A stretch of 64,000 bases of DNA, from contig CAJINV010000002.1 of NCBI GenBank assembly GCA_905178155.1, positions 2,446,369 to 2,510,368 of the forward strand, written 5' to 3'. Position 1 is the stretch's first letter, and each line of letters opens with the position of its first letter. Positions 35,037 to 47,242 of this stretch are shown here, piece by piece. This stretch comes from Amoebophrya sp. A120. Lineage: Eukaryota; Protista; Dinoflagellata. The position numbers and the translations under genes were made by a program. The notes under the pieces are model-generated. The model searched no databases, was not told the DNA's origin, and was given only the letters and a program-made list of their open reading frames with translations.

Positions 35037-35249
35037 GTTGATGCCGGACGGTATGAAACGAAAAAAGAGTGTGAGTGGAAGGACAAATGAATGTACTGCT
35101 CTTCATTGCGATGCGTAAGTTTGTTAAGAGGACAGCATTAAAAATGCAAGGTGATGAATCCTAGCTACTCACAGCCAGTTTCCTTCTCTCGTAGCGATCG
35201 ACCGCATCTCCTCGGACAGTTCCTCGAATCGGATGTTGACGGAGGTTTG

Positions 35250-35407
35250 TATCGCACAGAAAATTGCTTGGGTGTTTAGCTCGTTTAGAAAGTATCCAAC
35301 AAATCTGTTTTGCATGCTTTGGAACCCTTATCATGAAATACCGCCCTTGTGCGGATTGTATTCTCGGCATGACAAACATTGTAAACAAACAATTTTCCTG
35401 TACGATA
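35250..35407. mobile_element. Possible old introner, 158 bp
   Basis: Imperfect TIR TATCGCACAGAAAATTG/CAATTTTCCTGTACGATA; internal GCATGACA; no TSD, but removing element plus 5 nt gives protein-like SVNIRFEELSEEMRS. Confidence 0.4.
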
Positions 35408-36611
35408 CTCGAACTAGAAGACGAACTCGAACTGCTTGGGATGTTGGCGACCGAAGGAAGTTTTTCATGCGTGAACGCAAGGTTGGCATCCCCAACACGA
35501 GGGGAGCCGAGTGCGCGACCATTGACTTTCGGCGAGGCCAACGCGGTCACGTGGAACGGAACTTCGACAAGCTGCTGGGGTTGGTCGTGTATGCAGTGGG
35601 AAAAACCTTTTTCATCGCCTGGAGTTTGTATTGCAGATTTGAGTTCCACTTTGTATTCATAATTGCATGCAAGTTTGCGAATTGTCTCGACGGTTGCATG
35701 CTGGTCCATCTATGCAATACAAGTTCGCACACGACCAATGTGAAGTTCACGAACGATACGCTGGCTCGAGGCTTTGTTTACCGTGATGCCCGTCTTGATG
35801 CCTCTGCCGGAGGCGGAGGAAACGGGACGGGGAGAGGACATTGCTGCTTCTTTTTGCTTGAACCTCTTGCCTAGATTTCAATCGTTCTCACGCATAAGGG
35901 GGCTAGAATACGGTTTCCGACCGCTAGCTCTAGCTCTCCTGAAATGGGTTGGCGTTGATCGTTGGATATTATTGAGATGCCAGAAATTGAAACGATTTCT
36001 CTCACGACAAATGCGCTTTCGCCAAGTATACGACATGCACCCACAGGTCCAACGACCTTTACACCGGAAGGAGTTCACGATGACACGCACAATACGGAGT
36101 CGACCACGGCTGTCACGATCACGAATCCACAATACATGGACATTCCTGTCTCTGATGCAGACCAAATAAACTACGAATTCGCACAACGTGAACACGGGTT
36201 GCAAGAAAGATCAATTTCCAGTAACGAAGACTGACTTGTGAATACCAGAACAATCAGAGGGGCGGTGCGACAAAAACATAAAGCTACAATTATCAGCAAA
36301 GAAAACTAGTGGAGTTTCTTCTAGTGGGGGGGGGGGGGTTGCAAGGTTCTTGCAAATGAACTTGGAATTCTTACTTAGGCATTATTGAAACAAAAAGAAA
36401 AAAGTAAAAGACGTAGATCAACCTCATCGAAAAACAAAAAAGTCAAAAAAAAAACTCGCTGAAGAAAAAATGACTCTACTTCTAGATTTACTCCTGGTTA
36501 CCTCGTTTCAGAGAGCTAATCAAAATCAAAGCTATGAAAAAGAAAAAAACAACCGGCCCTGGTAGCCGCCTGTTACTGCTCCGATGGTGGCAGCTGCTGG
36601 AGCGTTTACTC

Positions 36612-39600
36612 CTAGGCCGGCGATTGCGGCTGTTGCTGCTGCGTTGGTTGCTGCGGAAGTTGTGGCTGCATTTGCTGCTGCTGCACTTGAGCTGCTTGCG
36701 CTGCTGGAGCCACTGGAGCTGCTTGTGCTGCTGGAGCCACTGGAGGTGCTTGTGCTGCAGGAGCTCCTGCAGCTGCTTGTGCTGTTGGAGATTCTGGAGC
36801 TGCTTGTGCTGTTGAAGCTCCTGAAGCTGCTTGTGCTGTTGGAGCTCCCGGAGCTGCGGAAGATGCCTGTTGCGCTGGAGCTCCTGCAGCTACTGGAGTT
36901 ACCGGAGCAACCGGAGCTCCTGGAGCTACTGGTGCTGCTGCTCCCGTTCCTTGATCTTGTTCTCCCATTGCTTCGCTAACTTTTTGTGCCGCAGCAATGC
37001 CGTTCACGAGTGGCCCCACAGGAGTAAGGCCGACCACCGCCGATAGAGCTGGATCGCTTTGTACTGCCGCTGCCGCTTTTCCTAGACCGTTCGCTGCCTC
37101 TGTGACTGTCAGTGCAGGCTTTCCACCACTTTTTTCCCCCGCCAATTCTCGTCCAAATTCCAGCACCGAGCGGGCGCCGCCCCGCTCACCGTTTCCATCT
37201 ATCTTCTCTGCTCGACGCCTCCCTCCGTCACCCTCTTTTTTTCCCTCATCCGCCGCACGGACGATCTTCTCCCCTGAAATAGTTTCCATGTAAGAAGACG
37301 AAGAACTGCTCCTGGTGGAGGATACATCCTGCGAGCTGAAACCACCAGCACTCTCCTGTCCCCCAACCCGCTCCTGACCGGCCAGCCGCCGATCGCCGGA
37401 CCTCGTCTGCAATTCACTCAGCTTGCGTTCTTCCAATGTAGAAATGCTTCTCCCGTCAGCACTTCTTTTTCCGTATTCTGCGCCCGCGCTTTCTCCCGAT
37501 ACTCGTTCGATTGGTGTTGCCGGTCGTGCTGGTGCGGCTTCGTTGGAGGTGGGAGTCGGAGAAGAAGCAGTCGTTTGGGCGAAGGAAATGGAAGGCCCTT
37601 CTTGATTTTTGTGGGCTTTCAGATCCCGCTGAACCCTGTGCACCTGGTCTTGAAGCTTATCCACATCAGTCTGCAGCGCCTCCTGATTTAGTCCCTGCTT
37701 GTGCACTTCTGACGCCACTTGAAATTGCTTCTGCTGCATTTGCCGCATTTTCTCCGCCTGATCTGAACCTTCATTTGGTGGTGGTGGTCCCGCCGCTTGT
37801 TGCTGCGATACCCCTCGCGGCGCTACAGGTTGCTTCGGCGTCGCTGCCGATGTGGCCGGCGCACCTGCAGCCGGTGTCGGTGGCGCAGCTGCAGCCGGTG
37901 TCGGTGGCGCAGCTGCAGCCGTTGCTGGTGGCGGAACTGCAGCCGATGCCGGTGGCGCAGCTGCAGCCGGTGCCGGTGGAACCGCCGTGGCAGGCTGTGG
38001 TAGTGCTGCATGCTGCGGCATCTGTGGTGCCACTTGCGGTCCTGAGTGCGCGGCTGCTGCTGCTGCACCTTGTTGGAGCTGCTGCTGGTGCTGCGGCGCC
38101 GGCGGCTGAGAATTTGCCCGCGGCGCGGCCCCGGCCGCCCCCGGGGGCGCTGCACTTGCAATGGGGATGGGTCCGGCAGGATTCCCCTGAGGTTGCTGTT
38201 GTGCCAGCTGTTGCGCCTGCTGTGCCTCTTGCAGTTGCTTTTGCTGCAGCCACAACCCTTGACTCGCTGATGTCACCTTCTCTTTCCCAACTTCTACCAT
38301 CGAACCACTGCCCCCCTCGACTTTTCCATCCTCCTCGCCAACTTGACCACCACCTCTTCCACCAGCCCCAGATTCTCCCTTTTCCGAGCCTGCCATTCTT
38401 TCCCCCGAAATCGTCTCCATGTAAGACGAACCAGCCGACGATCCACTGCTCCCAGACAATCGCGAGTCCAACCGTTGATCCTCCCTTCCCCCATCCACCT
38501 CCCGGCCGACCGGAATCCGATCCTGCCCCGGTGGCGGCAAGGGAACTTGAGCTTCTTTCTGTCCGCCAATGTAAAAATTCTTCTCCAGGTTCTTCTTCTC
38601 CTCGTTCTGCTCTCCCGCCTGCAAAGTCGACGCGGCGGCGGCGGCGGCGGAATTGCCCGTACTGGTGGAACCGATGTTTTCAGAGGGGGGCATTTGTTCA
38701 GGAAGCTGAGGGCTGGGAGGTTCTGAACCGCTGCGAGCTTCTTGAACAGCCGCAGCTTCTTCTTCGGTCGCGGACGGTTTGTTCTGATCGACTTTCAATG
38801 CGGTTTTCTCCTCCTTTTCCTCCGCCTTTATTTTCGTGGAGGTTTCACTTGCTTCGTGAACCTCCTTCTTGGTCTCAGTTCTTCCAAGTTGCACACTACT
38901 GCTCTTGCTTTCCTCCACTGACAGTTGTGCATTTCCAGTTTTTCCGTTTTCCAATCCCGGGTTTTGCACAACATCCTCCTGCGCGCCATCAGACTTCACC
39001 TTTCGCCGCTCGGCTTCCAATTTTTCGAGCATGCTGGCGCTCAACGTCGATTCGGTATCACGATGGAAAATGGATTCCCTTCCGCAGGTGTCCTCGTCAT
39101 TTTTGGTCATGCGTCAGTCGTGATACAACAGGAGGACCCGAAGTTGAAAAAGCATCACTTCAGTTTCAGACCCAGAAAGATGTGATAGATCTTCACAACT
39201 TCATCTCGTCATGCATACCACTGCTACCTAGGACATACAGCATCAGAAACAGCAACAGGTTTTGAATTTCCGCATGACAAACGATGACAACTTCAAAAGG
39301 GAATATGGAAATTAAATTCTACATTCCATACTCTTCCTCATCGACCGCGAAGTTGGGACCACTTGCCGAATCACTCGCCCTCCCAACTGCACCAACCGCT
39401 CCCGAACGAGAAGAAGCACCAGCGGTAGCGGAAAAATCAGAGCCATTTTCCATCGCAGAACCCCCGATTCCGCCCAACCCCGTACTCGTTCCGGCCGCCG
39501 GGGCACCATTTTCAACAGTTGTAACGCCAGTTCGACGCGATTTCGACTTTTCCCCCTTCTCAAACTCTTCCGGGGCGAGAAAATCGGTGTTTTTGTCGTG

Positions 39601-41925
39601 GGAATGATGTTCTTGCAGCTCCTTCGCCCGATGAGCGTGTGACTGTGAGATGGCTCCACGACCTTTGTCCAACGCTTTCCCGATCTCCATCACAGTTGAA
39701 GGATCGTCGTTTTCCTGCTTTCGACTTCCGCTACCGAGCTCAGTAGAAGTCTTCAGCGGTTCTCTCTCCTGCACAAAATCGTACTCTGGTTCGATGCTGC
39801 TGTCGGGGTGTTGCGGAGAGCTGGTTTTCAAAGCCGCAGGCTCAACATTCGCTTGTGGAGCGGCGGGAGGAGGAGGAACAGCAGGAGTGCCAGCAGTTGC
39901 CGAACCGTTTTCCTCCTCTCCCATGTCCGGTAAGATTTCCGGCCGACCTCGCCCATGTCCGTGTCCTGGCCGTTCGTGCAGCTCTTTCTCCGAAAACGAC
40001 GACCCACCGATCTGAGTTACCGACAAATCTCCTTCGGGGTTGTTTCCCGTCTTCTGCTTCACCGCGGGACTATGATGTTGTTCTTGCAACATCGAGGCTC
40101 TGTCCCCACTTCCATCATTCGTGAGTCTTCGTCCGCCAAACGTGTCGTCATTCCCCGCGATGGTTGGCGGAGGGGGCGCGGTCACAGGGAAGCCGGCGTC
40201 TTGCAGCTGCTCGTCACTTGTTTTCGAAGATTCTTGCCCAGCAGCTTCTTCCACTGGTACTTTCCCGCCAGAACGGCTTTCCCCGACCGTTTCCTGCGCC
40301 CCAGAATTCTTCTTGTTCTTCTTCTGGTAATTCCGCTTCCGGCGCTGCTGCCGCTGCACACGGGCCGTTTTGCGCTCCTTGGTCTGCAACACGGATTGAT
40401 CCCCGCTTTTCGAAAGAGCGGGTTGAGAACCATCATCTGAACCAGCTGCTGTTCCCGTCTTTTTCTTCTTTTTCTTTTTGTTCTTGCCCGGCTTGGCGGC
40501 GGTTTTTCCACCTTCCGTGACCTCAGCAGCAGCTGCGGGGGCAGTGGCAGCTCCACCAGTAGTTTTTCCAGCCGCTTCGGAACTGGTCGCTGCTGTTGCC
40601 CCATCAACACCGGCGTTGCTAGTACTTCCAGCTGCAGAACCCTTCTTCTTCTTCCCCTTTTTCGCGGTCCCCTTCGAATTTTCCTTCTCCTTCGCCAGCC
40701 ACTTCTGCGGGAACAGTTCTCGGTCCAGCGCCTCCTCGTCCCCGAAATAGGTCCCGTAGTTGTCCCGTGTGGACCCGAAGTTTTCGAACGACTCCCGGAT
40801 GATCCCGTGGTCCATTAAAAAGTTCCGGAATTTGTGGCGCAGCGGTCCCATGATCTTCACCTTCCACAATCTCGACTGCGACGCACCCGCCAGAAGCACC
40901 AACGCCACGATGAAAGAGCTGAAGACGAGGCCGCACCCACGGAAAATGGCGAGAAAAGCGTGGCAGCACCGCTGGTGTCGCTTGGCATTGTTCGCTTTGT
41001 TCTCCTTACTCAGCATTGGGGTGTGCGGGGTCGGGATTTGCGCAAATTGCTTCATCCGGGTGGGGGGGCGATCGGAGGGGTGAGGACCAGGACCGGCTCT
41101 AGCCATAGTGTCTTCGTGGAAATTGTTCACGTCGTTCCCGTCCCGCATACCACGTTCATGTCCATGTGCGACGCCGCGTTTCGGCGGCGGGGGTGGGAGT
41201 GGTGGGGAGAGTACTCCTTGACCAGCGGCAGGAGGACGACTTGTTCCAGCACCAGCAAGTGAAGATGAAAAGCCATGAGTTGTTCCGTCGCCTACAATTC
41301 CACCACGACCTTGCTGCTGGTTCAACACCATCCTCTCGTCGTCGTCATCATACCCGTAGTTGTACTGCTGCCCCGCCCGCGGCCCGGGCGACGTCGTTGA
41401 CGCCTGATGGTTCTTCGTCCCCCTCTCCCCAACCGACACCCGGCGGTAGATCTGACTGCTCGCTGGTGGGGGCGGAGGCATGGGAGAAGAGGAAGACGCG
41501 GTGTTGCTGGGTACCGATTGTTGTTGCGCACCGGGAAACTCGGACGAAGGCCCTGAAGTTGAACAATGCACCACACGCAGCATGGGGTTGCGACCGGAAC
41601 GTCCTGCAGGCAGTTTCCCGAGCATGTCTTGAGGATGGTTGTTCATGTGTGCATGTTGCTCTACATCCTCGTCGTAGCCGGGTATGGTAGTTTCATCCGC
41701 AACTTCAACGTCGTCGTAGGGAAAATGCTGATCCGCGTCTTGCTCGTCGGAAAGGTGGTGCAAATCGCCATAGTTGTAATCCTCCACCGACTTCGACGCC
41801 ATGTTCTCCAATGGCATGTCACCGGACCGATCCCCCTCCTCCGCCGGTTTATTCCCCCTACCACTTCTGCTTCCTTCGCCGCGCATGGCGTCGCGCACCG
41901 TGTCGAAATGCGAAGATGAGTTCAT
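36612..41925 (-). CDS. Large type-II membrane/secretory protein (TM-AGASQS family, member 1), ~1690 aa, with A/P/Q-rich repeats
   Basis: ORFs 39319-41925 and 36612-39110 can be joined by GT-AG intron 39079-39331. Single TM (FSSFIVALVLLAGASQS); duplicated SSSYMETISGE block; many S-hydrophobic-x-E/Q motifs. Confidence 0.75.
36690..36940 (-). repeat. Coding tandem repeat (APAAQAAPV-like 27-bp units)
   Basis: Repeated GCTTGTGCTGCTGGAGC units on the + strand. Confidence 0.75.
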
Positions 41926-44900
41926 AACTTCTTGGGCGAGATGAGCCGTGTTTTACACTCAGGTCGGCGCCAACTCCGTGGAGGAAAACAAGTAGTCGGC
42001 AAAAATCAGTGGCGGCTTGTTGGATGAAGAGAAGTTGTAGCTGCTCTTTGGTTTGGCTTGGGTGGGTGCAAACCGAAAGAAACTTCTACACGAACTTTAT
42101 TTCTGAATTGAAATTTTTTCTCAAAGTGGGGACTTGATGATGATTTTTTCTAAACTGACATCTTTACACAGGGGGAAAAATACTGCTTTTTGCTTAGTAC
42201 AGGAGGAAATGCAGCTGTCGAAAAAGAGTTTTGATGTTTCTAGCGTTAAGCATAATCATAATGTACAGGGACGTGGTCGAAATAAAATTTACTAACTTGC
42301 TAGAACCCAACTACTTACACCACACGCGAGGGGCGCCTAAACTTCTCGTCGGAAAGGCTTCTCGCCAGGGTTGGAGCAGTGGTTTTAGTTTCACATTGAG
42401 AATTAGCATTAGGGGCTTTTATCTTACACGACACTTTTTTCATGGAGAATACGGGAGTTTCTGAGGCTGAGAGCCCGAGCAAAAACACCTGTTGAAAGAG
42501 AGAGGGTTGTGTAAGTAGTAAAGAAAAGGGAAAACCATGCAACTGATCACACCCTCTTGCAAATCACGACAAGATGGCGGCAAAAAGAACCGACAAGAGC
42601 ACGACTACGTCAAAGAACGCATCGCGTACGAGCAAGTAGTGTGCTAGTTGTACGAGACGTGGTTTTAATTCAGGACGCGTACGAAAGAAGATTTTCCGAT
42701 AGTTCGTTTCATTCGTCTTCCGAAAAGATTTTGTGCGGGCAATATCCTCTGAGCTGCTGGACGAACGACTGTTCCGTGTACGAGGCAAAACCGATTTTCA
42801 CTTTTCACGGTTCGTTTCACTTGACCAGTACAACGCCAGAACGAAAGCAGGGAAAGGCACGACCGAAGGTGCGGAGTACAGGTGCTGCTCGTACTACTAG
42901 TAGAGACCTAGCAATGAATACAATCATCAAGACCGAAACCATGCGAGCACAGAGTATGCCTTGGTCTCATAATTTACCGAGAATGGAAACAAGAGAATCT
43001 TTTGCGCAGGAAAAGATGGACGTGCTATCACAACAAAATCTACGTTCTGGCCCGAAATTAGAAGGGCGTCCGCAAGATGGAAAACCAGTGAAGAAGCCAG
43101 CTCCAAACTCAACAGCACTGCTGGTCCCGGACGGATTCGGCCGAGCAAGAGGTGAGGCTTGGTACTGCCACCATGCAGTAGCTTCGATGCTGAAGGCAAA
43201 AAAGTTGCCCCGCAACCCCCACTCGGCGCTCGGCTCTGTTCTTTGGTTTTTTTTTTTTAACTTTTTCCTTTTTTTTGGTGCAATTTATAATTCTCGGCTT
43301 TTGTTTTTCAAGTGCAGTGCCTCTCCCTTATCCGTGTTCCACTGTTGAGCTCCGAAAGAATGTGCGAAAAGAAGAACGGATGTACTGCTACTGAGCTGCT
43401 GGCTGTGAAAATTTGCGAAAGGAAATTAGGTGTGTGAAGATACTTCTTCGTGGACGCACAGCACAGTGACAATACAGATCTACTCTGAGTTTCGGTTTTC
43501 AAAAAAAAAGGAAAGCACTGCACATGTAGTGTAAATGCTGATAGTTTTAGTGCGTAATTAATTGTAGAAGTACAAAGTTTTTAATTATATGTGATCACCC
43601 TCCTCGTACTACAATGATTTTCTTTGCGACAGTACAAATTTCAAACACGTACGTCAAGGATACTAGCTCGCCGATTCATCTTCGTATTTCCCATGCTTGG
43701 TTGTACCGCTACAGCCCCACTGCCGAGAGCTACGTGTGTATGCGCCGCCTTAGCAATAGAACTACTCATAGTGGAAGAAGTGGGCCAAACATTATTGATG
43801 CTCGGAAGACCTCTGGCAGCTAGCTTCCAGGCTGGTGTACTATCGTGGTTCTTCTTGCACGAAATTTTCGAGGAGTGTGACCACAGTAGTGAGACAAAAT
43901 AGGGGTGAGACTGATAACAACTACGGGAAAAGTACGCTTCATCTTTACAGAGAGAACAGGGGTCGCGAAAAGATAAGCCTGGCGTCAACAGTGAGGATGC
44001 AGAATCAATTGTAAAACTGTAATTGGGGTCTTCAAAATGAAATTGCGAAAAAATGGCACGTCAACAATGCCAAAATGCAAGGGGCCGAAAATGCGTACAA
44101 CTCAACCTCAACGATAATCTGGAGAAAGAGTAAAACAATTTGACAGATAGTATGAATATGCGTAGCTGTAAAAAAGTAAAAGAAAACAAAGAAACACAAA
44201 ATTGCGATACAAGAAAGTGGTTCTACTATAAATTTTGATTTTGTACGACTACAACCCGATCAAGAAGGAAGATTGCCGATAGCACTCGACAGTCATTGTA
44301 GAAATCACTGTGAATGTAGCTGTTGGAAAGTGTTCTGCAGGCGCCGAAAGAACTTGACGAGCCCTTCGGGCGCCCACACTTGAAAGCGACTCAGCTAAGT
44401 AAACTCCTACGGAAACGAAATTCTGAATGTGTGTGAGGCGAAACGACACAAACAAAAAATGAACAAATGCGAAATCCGCATTCATACTTCTTCCGTTTGT
44501 GAGAAAATCAGACAACGACATCTTTTTGTCGAAGTACGGTAAGCAAAGCCACTCGCCGCAGCGTGAGACTTCATCCTCGAAAGGAGAGAGCAGCAACAGA
44601 TAGTAAACGAAGTAGAAGCATGTTCAGAATGGTAGATACATAAAACCTCGGAAAGAGGGTTTTCTCCCATGGCAGCTGGAGAAAACCTTTGAAAGAATGG
44701 GCGACGACCCACATCTCTGTGGCGCGTACATGCCTCCCTACAAACATGCAGAGTGGACGGACGGCCAGCAGTGAAGGCAGGAGCTGTCGCTAGACAGTTC
44801 GGGCCATACGGCTTTGTGCAAATCGTGGTGAAAACGTCGATTTTTTCTCTTTTGGTGACATGGCTTCCGCACGCGCGTCTACAGCCTGGATCGTCTGCGT

Positions 44901-45443
44901 TGTCGCTTGGGTGGAGGGAGGTCGCCCGGCGCCCGCTTCTCGATCTTGGGCTTCGCCTTACGCGGAGCGGCATCTGTAAATATTTGTCAGAAACAACACT
45001 GCTGCATCTGGTACTTATCAGAGTAGAGCGAAAAGCGCTCATTAAGACAGCCACCACATCAGCAACGGCGTTCAGACCAGGTCAGCAGCGTGCCGCCTGG
45101 TCAGCCTGCTCCGACTAGCATTCGAGAAGCAACTCAGCGCAAGCTCTCTCGAACTCGGGCGGAAACGCAAGACCCTAGGTTCCGGGTATCGAGAGAAGCT
45201 ACGATGAATTCGAAGCCCGGTAGCCCAGACGCAACTGAACTTCCGGGAAAACCGAAATTTTGTCCAGGTTGCCCAACCACCTTTTCCCTAGACCCTCAAA
45301 GCAACCCGGAAACCCGTTTGCCGATTTCTACGGTGCCTTTCCTTTGCCAAACCCAAACCCGCAACGCACAGTCCTTCTGCAGTCGACCACTGCACGAACC
45401 GCGACGCCTTTTCGCGGCAGCGGGCTAAGCCGCTGAGCAGCCT

Positions 45444-46830
45444 TCAGCCGTGAAACTTCGAAGGGATCGGGCCATCACGAAACTCCTCCCTCGTTGTTTT
45501 GGGAACACATTTTCCTGAATCGGCACAACGGGCCAGCGCAGGGCGACACAAGCAGCGCTGAAGATAACAAAAAGACCTCTCTATACCGAACTTCTCCTTC
45601 GCAGCCTTCGCGGCATGCTCCACATCTCCCCCCGCGTTCTCCGCGGCGTCGACCTCTTCCCGGACAAACCGCTTTCTTTCAGCTGCAAGTTTTCGAGCCT
45701 CGACCTCTTTCTCGATAGCGGCCGGGTCCACTTCCTTCTTGGCGGGATCTTGCCTTTGTATTTCTACTGCAATGTCTGCAGCGAGTCCCTTCACCTCAAA
45801 GTCCTCCAGGTCGGCAAGCCCTCTGCCGTCGTCTTTTTGCCCCGCTTTTTTGGCCGCTTCGTCAATACCCTTCGCAGCTCGTTCTTCCTTCCGAGCCCGC
45901 TTCGCAGCTCGCTGGGCCTGTTCTTCTGGGGTGACGGGGCCGTCAACATCCGCTGCTTCATCACTGTCCTCGTCATCACCGTCGAAGGCATCCAAAATGT
46001 GGTCCGTGAGCTTTGGGACGAGATGTTCTGCAGCTGCACCAACGAGAGCGGGCCCGACAACTGCACCAATGGCCGCAAGTGCTGGAAATGGCTCATATGA
46101 CCCCTAAAACATTCCGCTCTGAGCCTGTGCCCTATTCGGTCTTTCTCTTTGCGTGGTTGTATTATGATATCACATTGAAAAACAAAGCTCTGACGTCGGG
46201 CTCGGGTCAATGCAAACGAAGAAATCACGTGATATAACAGCTGGAGCCGCCGCGAACAGCTGCGTCCATCGAGGCCAAATTAAAAATGGACCAAGCTCTA
46301 CTGTACTTGACAAAAAACACTCCAGGTCTAGCCACCGTCGTTGGATGCAGAAGACAAACTTTGTATAAGCTACTTTCCTGCAGAGTCTTCGTCTTTTCAC
46401 GCACAGACATTTTTCCTAACTTCACGAGTCGACAAATTGCTTTCGCAAAAGTACGAATCCAGCAGCACCGACGAATCGCCAATGCGAAAGTAGAATGTGA
46501 GGTTGTTTTTCTTGTTTTTATTTTCTCTATGCTCCTATTACCACTGCACAAGCTGAGAGGGAGGACGAGTAGTGCTTTCTTCCAGTAACTTCATCTTCTC
46601 TTCCAAAAACGCGTTGTCCTTGGCCGTGGCCGCCGCTCCCGTGGTCGTCGCAACCAGCTATGGAACCAAAACCATTTCCCTGGCACTGCAGCTTTCCACA
46701 AAAAACACGATTGACATGTAAATTTGAAAGGGTGAGGGACACCAGTTGCCAATGTCATGATCCTGACAAGCACATCGAATCGTAGGACACACCATGCATC
46801 TGCGAGAAATTTTCCTTGATTTGATGGCAT
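45444..46830 (-). CDS. Multi-exon acidic/coiled-coil protein segment (separate gene or 3' part of the 51.6-kb gene)
   Basis: Exon ~46104-45570 reads EPFPALAAIGAVVGPALVG...DAFDGDDEDSDE...; upstream exon ~46545-46657 reads LVATTTGAAATAKDNAFLEEKMK. Exact structure unresolved. Confidence 0.45.
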
Positions 46831-47242
46831 CAGCAGGTTTTATCCAACTGCGCCTGCGGCTGATACAAATACGCCGCATCATCGAGGACCAATTATACAC
46901 CGCCTTGCCCGCCCGGCAACACTAGGCTCAACGATTTTACATGTAAAACCGGCGTTCCGGTAGTCCAAGGGACCACGAAGTCGGCTTTTCTACATCGCAG
47001 AATCTAAAATTGGAAAGAGCAGGAAATCCGGTGAAAAGGTTTCAATCCTCGTAACTCGCCGTCAGCGGATTTGTCGGTCACGTCGTCCAGAGGTATCAAG
47101 AGGAAAAAACCGCACAAATGCCGCCAGGAGTCCATTGATTTCCGTTCGTGCTGTCGTTGGCTTTTTGAGGTGTGCGCGATAAAATTGAAAAACCGAACAA
47201 CACATGAAAAATTAATACACACATACTGCACTATCTCTATCT

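Noticed and set aside
37511-39265. 584-aa plus-strand ORF and similar antisense ORFs
   Set aside because: Shadow frames of low-complexity minus-strand exons.
42557-45428. ORFs in the 42.5-45.4 kb tract
   Set aside because: No recognisable domains and no introner-defined exon structure; treated as intergenic.
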